From: Candidatus Daviesbacteria bacterium
GTDB lineage: Bacteria > Patescibacteriota > Microgenomatia > Daviesbacterales > UBA10151
Length of the DNA stretch: 64,000 bases
Assembly: GCA_016183265.1 (NCBI GenBank)
Contig: JACPEX010000019.1
Location: forward strand, 15,441-79,440
Direction: 5' to 3'
Part shown: piece by piece, positions 1 through 8,777 of the stretch
Layout of the letters: each line of letters starts with the position of its first letter
How positions within the stretch are numbered: the stretch's first letter is position 1
Translations under genes and position numbers: made by a program
The notes under the pieces: model-generated
Databases searched by the model: none
The model's input: only the letters and a program-made list of their open reading frames with translations
Told to the model about the DNA's origin: nothing

Positions 1-720
1 CAAATCGCCGCTAAAACCTTGAAGCGGGCACTTGAGGCAGTTAAAGTTGGGGTTACAGAGCTTGAAGTTGATGAGGTTGCTAAAAGAGAAATTTATAAAT
101 TAGGTGGGGATTTATCATATAAAACCGTGCCGGGGTATAAGTATGCTACTTGCATTACAGTTAATGAACAAGTTGTACATGGTATACCAACTAGCAGAAA
201 GTTTGTTGATGGTGATATAGTCAGTATTGATTTGGCAGTCATGTATAAAGGTTGGCATACGGATTGCGCCTGGAGTATGTTAGTAAGGGGAAAGGGGAAA
301 GGGGAAAGGGGAAAGTCAGAAAAGACAAAATTTTTGAAAGTTGGAGAGGAAGCTTTATGGTTGGGAATAGACCAGGCAGTGGAAGGGAATAAAGTAGGGG
401 ATATATCAGCTGCTATTGGGGGCAAAATTGAAGGAAGCGGATATAGTGTGGTGAGAAGTTTGGTAGGGCATGGGGTAGGTAGAAGCTTGCATGAGGATCC
501 GCAAATACCCGGAGCAGGAGTAGCTGGTACTGGGCCGGTTTTAACAAACGGAAATACTTTGGCTATCGAGGTAATTTATGCTAAAGGAGCAAAAGAGGTA
601 GTATTAGATAGTGATAATTGGACATTTAAAACAGCAGATAATTCATTGGCTGGGTTGTTTGAGATGAGTGTAATCGTAGATAAGGAGGCTCAAGTTTTAA
701 CAGACTGGAGAAAAGTCTAA
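1..720 (+). CDS. map: Methionine aminopeptidase type I, 5'-partial (starts upstream of window)
   Basis: Frame-1 translation from nt 1 (QIAAKTLKRALEAVK...) runs into the listed ORF. MetAP-I metal-ligand context (DIVSIDL..., HG(I/V)P, VGHGVG, EV) is present. It sits before infA as in the spc/alpha operon tail. Confidence 0.9.
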   Translation, partial: QIAAKTLKRALEAVKVGVTELEVDEVAKREIYKLGGDLSYKTVPGYKYATCITVNEQVVHGIPTSRKFVDGDIVSIDLAVMYKGWHTDCAWSMLVRGKGKGERGKSEKTKFLKVGEEALWLGIDQAVEGNKVGDISAAIGGKIEGSGYSVVRSLVGHGVGRSLHEDPQIPGAGVAGTGPVLTNGNTLAIEVIYAKGAKEVVLDSDNWTFKTADNSLAGLFEMSVIVDKEAQVLTDWRKV

Positions 721-774
721 TTCTATGGGTTGTAATATGAAGCTGGATCTGCTAAACTACTTTAGTTTTAATTT

Positions 775-1017
775 ATGGTAAAAGATGTTATTGAAGTAGA
801 AGGAAAGATTAAGGAGGTTTTGCCCAGCACATTATTTCGGGTAGAGATTGACCGAAGTGATGATTTGCCAGAACTGGTAGGGAGAGTGATTTTGTGCCAT
901 ATCTCAGGTAAGATGAGGATGCACTATATCAGGCTTTTAGAGGGTGACCGGGTTAAGATAGAGATGAGTCCGAAATACGATTTAGACAAAGGAAGGATCA
1001 CATTTAGGCTAAAATAA
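775..1017 (+). CDS. infA: Translation initiation factor IF-1
   Basis: 80 aa with S1-like IF-1 sequence ([30 protein letters not shown]). Canonical position between map and rpmJ. Confidence 0.95.
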   Translation: MVKDVIEVEGKIKEVLPSTLFRVEIDRSDDLPELVGRVILCHISGKMRMHYIRLLEGDRVKIEMSPKYDLDKGRITFRLK

Positions 1018-1133
1018 TGAAAGTACAAGCATCTATAAAAACCAGGTGTAAGTTTTGTAAAATAGTTAAGCGCGAAGGCATATTGTATGTCATTTGCCCT
1101 CGTGACCCAAGACATAAGCAAAGACAAGGATAA
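1017..1133 (+). CDS. rpmJ: 50S ribosomal protein L36
   Basis: Not in the ORF track because it is under 60 aa. Hand translation of ATG at 1017 (TAATG overlap with infA stop) gives [38 protein letters not shown], the C-x2-C...C-x-H zinc ribbon of L36. Stop TAA is at 1131-1133. Confidence 0.9.
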   Translation: MKVQASIKTRCKFCKIVKREGILYVICPRDPRHKQRQG

Positions 1134-1144
1134 AAATAAAAAAT

Positions 1145-1564
1145 ATGGCTAGAATTGCAGGGGTAGATTTACCGGAGAATAAAAGAATAGATATCGGACT
1201 TACCTATATATTTGGTATCGGTAGGTCAAATGTGGTAAAAATCATTGAGGAAACGAAAGTTGCGGCTGATAAAAGAATTAAGGACTTAACAGAAGAAGAA
1301 ATAAATAAATTACAAAAATCGGTTGAACAATTTAAAGTAGAAGGAGACTTAAGGCAAGAGATTGAACAGAATATTAAAAGATTGGAAGAAATAGGCAGCT
1401 ATAGGGGAATTAGACACAGAAAAGGCTTGCCGGTCAGAGGACAAAGAACCAGGTCTAATGCCAGAACCAAACGGGGCAAGAGGAAAACTGTGGGTACAGT
1501 TAGGAAAGAAGTTGCTCAGCCAAGCGCAGCACCAGTCTCAAAGCCCGGAGAGGTTAAGAAATAA
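1145..1564 (+). CDS. rpsM: 30S ribosomal protein S13
   Basis: [10 protein letters not shown]...GLTYIFGIG...[17 protein letters not shown] is the S13 signature. It has a basic C-terminal tail. Confidence 0.95.
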   Translation: MARIAGVDLPENKRIDIGLTYIFGIGRSNVVKIIEETKVAADKRIKDLTEEEINKLQKSVEQFKVEGDLRQEIEQNIKRLEEIGSYRGIRHRKGLPVRGQRTRSNARTKRGKRKTVGTVRKEVAQPSAAPVSKPGEVKK

Positions 1565-1566
1565 CT

Positions 1567-1962
1567 ATGGCAAAAAAACAGATAAAACCTAAATCAGTTA
1601 AGAAAGTTGAAAGAAAAGTTAGCAGCGGCAGGGTATATGTGACTGCAACTTTTAATAATACTTTAATTACTCTAACAGATGCTTCGGGTAATACTTTAAC
1701 TTGGGGCACTTCCGGTGTAGCAGGTTTCAAGGGAGCCAGAAAAGCCACCCCATATGCTGCAATTTCAGCCATGGAAAAAGTAGCCCAGAAAGCTAAAGAG
1801 ATTGGAATAAGCGCTGTTGAGGTTTATATTAAAGGTCCTGGATCAGGTAGGGATGCCACCATAAAAGCGCTACGCGGGGCTAATATTAATATTACTATGA
1901 TTGCTGATGTCACTCCGATACCGCATAATGGCCCAAGACCCAAAAAACGGAGGAGAGTGTAA
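1567..1962 (+). CDS. rpsK: 30S ribosomal protein S11
   Basis: GRVYVTATFNNTLITLTD...GFKGARKATPYAA...VYIKGPGSGR is S11. Confidence 0.95.
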   Translation: MAKKQIKPKSVKKVERKVSSGRVYVTATFNNTLITLTDASGNTLTWGTSGVAGFKGARKATPYAAISAMEKVAQKAKEIGISAVEVYIKGPGSGRDATIKALRGANINITMIADVTPIPHNGPRPKKRRRV

Positions 1963-2564
1963 TGGCAAGGTACACCGGTCCAAAAAGAAGATTATCAAGA
2001 AGGGAGGGCGTGGCTTTATCTGCCAAAGATTTAAAGGCAATAGAGCGAAAAGGGGCAGTTCCTCCGGGACAACATGGTTTAGGCAGAAGACGCAGATTAT
2101 CAGAATATGGGCTGCAGCTTAGAGAAAAGCAAAAAACCAAAAGAATTTTTGGACTACTGGAGAAACAATTCAAACGATATTATGATATGGCTTCTAAAGT
2201 TAAAGGCGCAACAGGGATTGCTTTGCTCCAGATCTTAGAGACCAGGCTCGATAATGTAGTATACAGATTAGGTTTTGCTAAAAGTCGTAATTTCGCAAGA
2301 CAGTTAGTCGGTCATGGTCATATTCTGGTGGATGATAAAAAAGTGACTATACCCTCTTTTAACGTGAATATGAATCAAACTATTGCAATCTCGCCTCAGA
2401 TGAGAGATAATACACAGGTTAAAAAGAGTTTAGAAGAAGCTACAACCTTGCCAGGATGGCTTGAAAGGAAAGCCACAGTTGGCAAGGTTTTAAGAATACC
2501 GGATAGGGAAGAGATGGAACAATCAGTTAACGAACAGCTGATTGTAGAATTTTATTCACGATAA
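1962..2564 (+). CDS. rpsD: 30S ribosomal protein S4
   Basis: MARYTGPKRRLSRREG N-terminus and S4 domain (VVYRLGFAKSRNFARQLVGHGHILVD). Start overlaps the rpsK stop. Confidence 0.95.
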   Translation: MARYTGPKRRLSRREGVALSAKDLKAIERKGAVPPGQHGLGRRRRLSEYGLQLREKQKTKRIFGLLEKQFKRYYDMASKVKGATGIALLQILETRLDNVVYRLGFAKSRNFARQLVGHGHILVDDKKVTIPSFNVNMNQTIAISPQMRDNTQVKKSLEEATTLPGWLERKATVGKVLRIPDREEMEQSVNEQLIVEFYSR

Positions 2565-2578
2565 GTCCAAAAAATATT

Positions 2579-3484
2579 ATGTTCAAAATAAAAGTAGATA
2601 AAGAATTAGAAAATTATGCCAGAGTAACTATTGAACCGCTTGAAGCAGGCTTTGGTCATACGCTGGGGAATAGTTTAAGGAGAGTACTATTAACTTCCTT
2701 ACCGGGTGCTGCTGTTACTTCGATTAAGATTGATGGTGTTTCTCACAGATTTTCAACTATTGATGGTGTTTTGGAAGATGTAATTGAAATTATTTTAAAC
2801 ATTAAAAAGATTCGTTTGAATGTCCATTCTGATAAGGGAATAAAATTAACTCTTAAGGCATCCGGCAAAAAGGAAGTTACAGCCCAAGATTTACAAATCG
2901 AAGGGGATGGGGAAATTGTCAATCCCGAGCAACATATTGCTACATTAACCGATACCAAATCCAAACTTAATATTGAAATGGAAGCTTCGCAAGGTAAGGG
3001 CTATTCGGTAGCTGACGAGCGAAAGTCGAATGAAATTGGTCAAATTGCTGTAGATGCCTTATTTAGTCCTGTAATATCAGTTAACTACAGTGTCGAACCC
3101 ACACGGGTTGGACGAAAAACAGATTTTGATAAGTTAATGTTGGATATTACAACTGATGGAACTGTTACACCTTTAGAATCTGCTAATATGGCTGCGAGGA
3201 TTTTATCAGATACTTTTCACAGGATTTTTGAGCCTGTGATGGAGGAAGAAGAAATAGAATCAGGCTCCAAAATTTCCGATGAGGTTTTGAAATTAACTAT
3301 TGAAGAATTAGATTTACCAGTCAGAATTACGAATGCTTTAAAGGCTATAGAGATTAATGTAATTGAAGATCTGATTAATACCCCACGGCCACAACTACTT
3401 AAAGCCAAGAATTTAGGGGCAAAATCTATCAATTTGATATCGGAAAAGCTTTTGGAGAGGGGGCTAAGCTTGCGTGAGGCATAG
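2579..3484 (+). CDS. rpoA: DNA-directed RNA polymerase alpha subunit
   Basis: Alpha NTD motifs (GFGHTLGNSLRRVLLTS, SIKIDGV) and a CTD (DLPVRITNALK...). Canonical position after rpsD. Confidence 0.95.
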   Translation: MFKIKVDKELENYARVTIEPLEAGFGHTLGNSLRRVLLTSLPGAAVTSIKIDGVSHRFSTIDGVLEDVIEIILNIKKIRLNVHSDKGIKLTLKASGKKEVTAQDLQIEGDGEIVNPEQHIATLTDTKSKLNIEMEASQGKGYSVADERKSNEIGQIAVDALFSPVISVNYSVEPTRVGRKTDFDKLMLDITTDGTVTPLESANMAARILSDTFHRIFEPVMEEEEIESGSKISDEVLKLTIEELDLPVRITNALKAIEINVIEDLINTPRPQLLKAKNLGAKSINLISEKLLERGLSLREA

Positions 3485-3932
3485 AGTTTATGGTAAACAC
3501 CTGGGAAGAAATAAAGATGCTCGCAGGAACCTCTTTAAGGGGTTAGTATATTCTCTTGTTACTTCCGGCACTATTCAAACTTCTGAAACTAAAGCCAAAG
3601 CAATTAAGGGTTTAGTTGATAAAATTATTAATTTAGCAAAAGAGAAAAATATACACGGGCTTCAATCATATATTTCAGATAAAAGTTTACAAGAAAGATT
3701 GATTAATGAAATTTTGCCAAAACTTGGCACCCGGACTTCAGGTTATACTTCAATGGTTAAAGTTGGGACCAGATTGGGCGATCAAACCAGGGTAATTAAA
3801 ATGAGTATTATTGGGGCAGAAGAATTAAAGCCAATCAAAAAAGAAGTTCCAAAAACCGAAAAAGCAGCAGAACCAAAAGAGGTAAAAGAAGTAAAGAAAA
3901 CTCCGGTAAAAAGAAAGACTGTTAAAAAATGA
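3474..3932 (+). CDS. rplQ: 50S ribosomal protein L17 with Lys-rich C-terminal extension
   Basis: MRHRVYGKHLGRNKDARRNLFKGL is the L17 N-terminus. The extended KE-rich tail is a lineage-specific addition. Confidence 0.93.
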   Translation: MRHRVYGKHLGRNKDARRNLFKGLVYSLVTSGTIQTSETKAKAIKGLVDKIINLAKEKNIHGLQSYISDKSLQERLINEILPKLGTRTSGYTSMVKVGTRLGDQTRVIKMSIIGAEELKPIKKEVPKTEKAAEPKEVKEVKKTPVKRKTVKK

Positions 3933-4321
3933 GTACTAATGTAGTATCAGCCAAAGATATTAAAAGAGAGACTCGTACTATTGATGCTTCTGGTAAAATT
4001 TTGGGAAGGTTAGCCGGAGAAATAGCCACTATTTTAATGGGAAAGAAAAAGAGGGAATTTGTGCCGTATTTGGATATGGGTGACTTTGTAGTAGTAACTA
4101 ATGCCAGTAAAATAAAAGTAACCGGTAAAAAGTCAAAAGACAAACTTTATATTTCCCATTCCGGCTATCCGGGTGGCTTAAAACAGGAAAGTTTTGATAA
4201 GATGATAGTGAGAAAACCGGCATATGTCATTGAGCATGCTGTAAAAGGTATGTTGCCGTCTAATAAATTAGGCAGACAAATGATTAAGAAATTAAAGGTA
4301 TTTGGAGGAGAATCTAAATAA
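3929..4321 (+). CDS. rplM: 50S ribosomal protein L13
   Basis: GKILGRLAGEIATILMGK...HSGYPGGLK is the L13 signature. Confidence 0.95.
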   Translation: MSTNVVSAKDIKRETRTIDASGKILGRLAGEIATILMGKKKREFVPYLDMGDFVVVTNASKIKVTGKKSKDKLYISHSGYPGGLKQESFDKMIVRKPAYVIEHAVKGMLPSNKLGRQMIKKLKVFGGESK

Positions 4322-4713
4322 TGACAGAAAATATCTCAACTGTGGGACGGCGTAAAGAAGCAGTAGCCAGAGTAAGGATTTCTTCCGGCAATGGCCAAAT
4401 TACTGTAAATGGTAAACCAATCGGCACATATTTTTTAGGGCCCATGCTGCAAAAACGATATAGCAGGCCTTTAGAAGTTACTAAAACTTCCGGCAAATAT
4501 TCAATTTCAGTGAAAGTTGAAGGTGGTGGTCAGGTTTCTCAACTGGATGCAGTAGTTCATGGGATAGCCAGGAGTTTAGCCAAAATTGATCCGGCTTTGC
4601 GGCCGGTTTTAAAAAAAGCAGGTTTGCTAACCCGTGACCCACGGGTAAAAGAACGTAGGAAATACGGCAATGCCCAAAAAGCCAGGGCAAAGAAGCAATC
4701 ACCAAAAAGGTAA
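4321..4713 (+). CDS. rpsI: 30S ribosomal protein S9
   Basis: GRRKEAVARVRI...GGGQVSQLDAVVHGIARSL...RDPRVKERRKYG with the terminal ...KR is S9. Confidence 0.95.
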   Translation: MTENISTVGRRKEAVARVRISSGNGQITVNGKPIGTYFLGPMLQKRYSRPLEVTKTSGKYSISVKVEGGGQVSQLDAVVHGIARSLAKIDPALRPVLKKAGLLTRDPRVKERRKYGNAQKARAKKQSPKR

Positions 4714-4728
4714 GTCCTGGGGAACTCT

Positions 4729-5154
4729 TTAACACAAGTCTAATTTGCGTGATCTAGTTACCTGTGTATTGTTCACGTCAACAGCTTGGAATTCGGTAAT
4801 TACCTTCTGGTATTCTTCTAAATCCTGTGGATTGATCGGTCTTGTTGATGCGGGACCTAAATGTATGGCGCTTCCGATCGGGAATTGGATTCGAGGTCTT
4901 CTCTGTCTTTCCCTTGATTCAATCCATGCGGCTACTCCTGTTGCTCCCAATAAGGAGTCCTCCCTTTTTATATCAACATAATAAACTGGTCTGGGATCAA
5001 ATACATCAACCCATTCTTCGCTGATCTCGACAGTGCCTCTGCTAGGAATCAGGGCTTCTAGAGAAATGGTAACTTCATCTATATCATCGTTTCGTTTCCT
5101 GTAAGGATCGAAAAGAATACCTAATGTTTCGCTGAAGAAGGGTTGCTCAACCAT
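4729..5154 (-). CDS. Hypothetical protein (141 aa), no recognisable family. Local GC is visibly higher than the flanks.
   Basis: Longest ORF in this stretch. Two shorter plus-strand ORFs overlap it, so the strand call is by length only. No motif I can place. Confidence 0.5.
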   Translation of the reverse strand: MVEQPFFSETLGILFDPYRKRNDDIDEVTISLEALIPSRGTVEISEEWVDVFDPRPVYYVDIKREDSLLGATGVAAWIESRERQRRPRIQFPIGSAIHLGPASTRPINPQDLEEYQKVITEFQAVDVNNTQVTRSRKLDLC

Positions 5155-5198
5155 TAGATCTATTTATAGACCAGACTATCGGTTTTGTCAACAACACG

Positions 5199-5456
5199 CT
5201 AAGGCGTAAGTGGTATTAATTTCCAAGGATTACTTCTATTCTTGGTTTCTTCTGCTTTAACTACCACTTTACCTTCCTTGATAAGCGATCTTGCTAATTT
5301 AAGATTGTTTTTATTAAGCAATTGATCTGTTGCCGAGAAAAATACATATGAAATATCTTTAGCTGTTTTTTCCTCAATGTCTTGGTTTTTAGCTAGGTAA
5401 TCCGCCAGTTTAGCTGAAAGTTCGAGATTCTTTTTAACTTGTTGTTTCTTGCTCAT
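5199..5456 (-). CDS. Hypothetical small protein (85 aa), Lys/Glu-rich
   Basis: ORF only. It continues the minus-strand block between rpsI and the phosphohexomutase gene. Confidence 0.45.
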   Translation of the reverse strand: MSKKQQVKKNLELSAKLADYLAKNQDIEEKTAKDISYVFFSATDQLLNKNNLKLARSLIKEGKVVVKAEETKNRSNPWKLIPLTP

Positions 5457-5525
5457 AGGAAAGAGATTATACTCCTATTTTGAAAAATATGTTAAATTAA
5501 TGTAAATCTACTGTAATATTTTTTC

Positions 5526-5972
5526 TTATTGATTGTCAACAATTTTACTTCTTTTCATAAATCCCCTTCGATAGATAATGTAATTTTTCTTTATATCATT
5601 AATTGCCCAAGTGAACCAAGTATGAGGTGTACCTTTTTTGATGACACGAGTGGTTGTTACAGTTTCCGAAGGATTTTGCATAGATATCCTCATATGGCAA
5701 TGCAAATAACCGTGTTCACTATCGTATCTCCAAATAGTCGTCCATAAATTATTGATTTTTATTTCATAAGATACATTAACAACTTCTATAATGATACCTT
5801 CATTATTAACACCTCTGGTATATGTTATTTTATCCGTATCAGATAGATTAAACTCGTGAGTTATGGTTTGAAAACATTGTATTTTCTCCTGCTTCTTTTT
5901 CTGGCTTTCCTTTACAAGTCTAATAATTTTATAAATTGAATTTAACCGATTTCGTGTTTTTCTCTTTCTCAT
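5526..5972 (-). CDS. Hypothetical protein (148 aa) with a His-rich motif (SEHGYLHCHM)
   Basis: ORF, basic N-terminus, conserved-looking H-x-Y-x-H-C-H stretch. No secure family assignment. Confidence 0.5.
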   Translation of the reverse strand: MRKRKTRNRLNSIYKIIRLVKESQKKKQEKIQCFQTITHEFNLSDTDKITYTRGVNNEGIIIEVVNVSYEIKINNLWTTIWRYDSEHGYLHCHMRISMQNPSETVTTTRVIKKGTPHTWFTWAINDIKKNYIIYRRGFMKRSKIVDNQ

Positions 5973-6090
5973 CTATATTAAGATAACATCCTATGTGGGT
6001 GTGTTTGCAAGTAGAGAATTATATTGATAGTGAGTTTAAAGCAGTTGAATTTAAGCTAAAAGTTTTGTATAGTAAAAACCTCCGCAAAAT

Positions 6091-7485
6091 ATGCCGATCT
6101 TAAAAAAAACCATGTTCCGCGAATACGATATGCGCGGACGCGAAGCTCCAGATGAATTAAATGAGGATTCAATGTATCATGTCGGTAGAGGTTTTGGTAC
6201 CTTTTTGATAAAAAGAGGTGTAACAGAGGCAGTGGTCGGACATGATGCCAGAGGAACTTCAGCAAGCTTTCATGCCAGGGTTATCAAAGGTTTGACAGAG
6301 TGCGGTATTAATGTGATTGATATCGGCACTATTACTACTCCGATGGGATATTGGGCACAATATCATTTAAAAGTTAAAGGTTTGGTGATTGTTACTGCCA
6401 GCCATAATCCGGTTGGATGGAATGGGGTTAAGCTGGGATCAGATTTATCTTATACTCTTTTAACTGATGAACTTCAGGAAGTCTATAACATCATTGTTAA
6501 AGAGGATTATGTTAGTGGCCAAGGGTCAGTGAAGAAAGAAGATATTTTGGAAGCTTATATAAAAGATCTTTTATCCCGGGCCAATATCACCAAAAAATTC
6601 AAAATCCTGATTAATACAGGAAACGGTACAGCCGGGATAGTCGAGCCGGGGATTTTTAGACGGGCCGGCTGTGAAGTGGTGGAACATTTCACCAATATTG
6701 ACCCGACTTACCCTAATTATACGGCAAATCCGGACGGGACTGCCATGATGGAAGATACCGGAAAGCAAACTGTTGCCAATAAGTGTGATTTAGGGTTTGC
6801 TTTTGACGGTGATGGAGACAGGCTAGGTTTGGTAGATGAAAAAGGGGAAATAATCTGGCCGGATAGATATATTATTTTATTGTCCCGTCTGGTATTGTCC
6901 AAAAAGCCCGGGGCAAAAATAATCTTTGATGTAAAAGTCTCAGAGGCTTTGCCGGAGGATATTAAAGCCCATGGCGGGGAACCGATTATGTGGAAAACCG
7001 GACATTCGCATATTAAAGCAAAATTAGCATCCGAAAAGGCTGCCATGGCTGGAGAAATGAGCGGGCATATCTTTTTTGAACATGATTTTTATGGTTTTGA
7101 TGATGCGACTTTTGCGGCATTAAAAATGCTGGAATATTTATCAACCCAAGATGGGCCGCTCTCTAAAGTTATTGCCACCACCCCTTATTATATTTCAACG
7201 CCAACCATTCAAGTTACTGCTACTGATGAACATAAATACCAAATAGTAGAAGAACTGACTCAGGAGTTTAAGGATGAAGGCTACAAAGTGGTAGATATAA
7301 ACGGCGCCAGGGTTTATACCGAACACGGCTGGGGTCTGGTCCGCGCTTCTTCCAATACTCCGACTTTAGTTTTAAGGTTTGAATCTAAGACTAAAGAAGA
7401 TTTAGAGAAAATCCAGAGAATTTTTAAAGAAAAATTAGACAAGTTTCCTATTGTCAGTAAAGAATGGGATTCCAGTGGTCATTAG
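6091..7485 (+). CDS. Phosphohexomutase (phosphomannomutase/phosphoglucomutase family)
   Basis: Active-site serine loop TASHNP, Mg loop DGDGDR, sugar-binding GEMSGH. Length 464 aa. Confidence 0.9.
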   Translation: MPILKKTMFREYDMRGREAPDELNEDSMYHVGRGFGTFLIKRGVTEAVVGHDARGTSASFHARVIKGLTECGINVIDIGTITTPMGYWAQYHLKVKGLVIVTASHNPVGWNGVKLGSDLSYTLLTDELQEVYNIIVKEDYVSGQGSVKKEDILEAYIKDLLSRANITKKFKILINTGNGTAGIVEPGIFRRAGCEVVEHFTNIDPTYPNYTANPDGTAMMEDTGKQTVANKCDLGFAFDGDGDRLGLVDEKGEIIWPDRYIILLSRLVLSKKPGAKIIFDVKVSEALPEDIKAHGGEPIMWKTGHSHIKAKLASEKAAMAGEMSGHIFFEHDFYGFDDATFAALKMLEYLSTQDGPLSKVIATTPYYISTPTIQVTATDEHKYQIVEELTQEFKDEGYKVVDINGARVYTEHGWGLVRASSNTPTLVLRFESKTKEDLEKIQRIFKEKLDKFPIVSKEWDSSGH

Positions 7486-7526
7486 CGCTACTTGCCAAAA
7501 TAAGTCATTTATGGTTTACTAGTTAG

Positions 7527-7656
7527 TACATCAAGAGTATCCGACGTAATGTCGGATCGGCAACCTTAAAGTTTAAGGTGCCAAATCCTAAGAGGAAGAT
7601 GTGTCCCGAGCGTAGTCGAGGGAAAACTTTAAACCTCTCTTGATGAGAGGTTTTTT
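7527..7656 (+). promoter_or_regulatory. Compact SAM-I (S-box)-like riboswitch aptamer plus intrinsic terminator that includes the metK SD
   Basis: Contains UCAAGAG, CCGAC/GUCGG P2, GGCAACC, GGUGCCAAAUCC and AGAUG closing P1. The hairpin AACCUCUC-UUGAUG-AGAGGUU plus U6 ends 1 nt before the metK ATG. GAGAGG inside the hairpin is the only SD-like element. Confidence 0.7.
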
Positions 7657-7657
7657 C

Positions 7658-8773
7658 ATGATTAAAACAAATGGTATTACCACTTTTACTTCAGAGTCTG
7701 TCTGCGCCGGGCATCCGGATAAAATTTGCGACCAAATTTCCGATGCAATTTTAGATACAGTGTTGGCTCAAGACAAGTTTGGTCATGTGGCTTGTGAAAC
7801 ATTGGTAGGTTTTAACAGGGTAATAATTTCCGGGGAAATTACTGCTAATGCTAAAGCAGATTTTAAAAGTATTGCCAGAGAGCAAATAAAAAGACTAGGG
7901 TATGTAGATTCTATGTACAATTTCTCTGATAAATCCCCTATTGATGTATACGTGCACGAACAGTCTCCGGAAATTGCAGTAGGGGTTGACCATCAGGGGG
8001 CCGGCGACCAAGGTATTCAATTTGGTTACGCTTGCAGGGAAACCAAGGAACTGATGCCAATGGCAATTATGTTGACTCATGGTTTAACTAAAAGAATGGA
8101 TCAGGTAAGAGAAGAAGGGTTAATTCCGTATTTACGGCCGGACGGTAAAAGCCAAGTGACTGTGGAGTATAAAAATGGTACCCCAACAAAAGTTGTTCAA
8201 GTGGTGATTGCCATTCCCCATAAGGAGACAGTTAAGTTAAATAGAGTTAAAGAAGATATTTATGAAATAGTGGTTATACCTGTTTTAGAGCAATATGGTT
8301 TTAAAATAGATATTAAAGATTTAATTGTTAATGGGACAGGTGTTTGGCATCATGGCGGGCCGGCTGCTGATTGCGGGGTAACAGGCAGAAAAATAGTAGT
8401 TGACGGTTATGGAGGTTATGCCAGGGTTGGAGGAGGGGCATTTAGCGGTAAGGATCCGACAAAGGTGGACAGGTCCGGGGCCTACGCAGCCAGGTTTTTG
8501 GCTAAAAATATAGTTGCACAGGGATTAGCCCAAAAGGCAGAAGTGCGATTAGCATATTTTATCGGGGCCAAAAAGCCTACCATGCAGGATGTAGAAACTT
8601 TTGGGACAAATAAAAAAAGCCACAAAGCCATACTTTCTTTCATGAATAAAATTCTGGATACTTCTGTATCAGGAATTTTAAAGGGTTTAGATTTGCAAAG
8701 GCCGATCTATTTACCAACAGCTGCTTACGGCCACTTCGGCCGCGAGCAGTTCCCCTGGGAAAAGATAGTTTAG
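7658..8773 (+). CDS. metK: S-adenosylmethionine synthetase
   Basis: GHPDKICDQISDAILD, GGGAFSGKDPTKVDRSGAYAAR, bacterial MAT. The track ORF starts at 7640 inside the terminator, so the start is moved to ATG 7658 (MIKTNG...). Confidence 0.93.
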   Translation: MIKTNGITTFTSESVCAGHPDKICDQISDAILDTVLAQDKFGHVACETLVGFNRVIISGEITANAKADFKSIAREQIKRLGYVDSMYNFSDKSPIDVYVHEQSPEIAVGVDHQGAGDQGIQFGYACRETKELMPMAIMLTHGLTKRMDQVREEGLIPYLRPDGKSQVTVEYKNGTPTKVVQVVIAIPHKETVKLNRVKEDIYEIVVIPVLEQYGFKIDIKDLIVNGTGVWHHGGPAADCGVTGRKIVVDGYGGYARVGGGAFSGKDPTKVDRSGAYAARFLAKNIVAQGLAQKAEVRLAYFIGAKKPTMQDVETFGTNKKSHKAILSFMNKILDTSVSGILKGLDLQRPIYLPTAAYGHFGREQFPWEKIV

Positions 8774-8777
8774 ATTT

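Noticed and set aside
4745-5024. Two plus-strand ORFs (78 and 60 aa) overlapping the 141-aa minus-strand hypothetical
   Set aside because: They are shorter than the opposite-strand ORF and fragmented across two frames. The minus strand was kept as the more parsimonious call, but the region's coding strand remains uncertain.
7640-7657. N-terminal extension MMRGFF of the metK ORF in the track
   Set aside because: These codons lie inside the riboswitch terminator hairpin and U-run. The conserved MetK N-terminus begins at ATG 7658.
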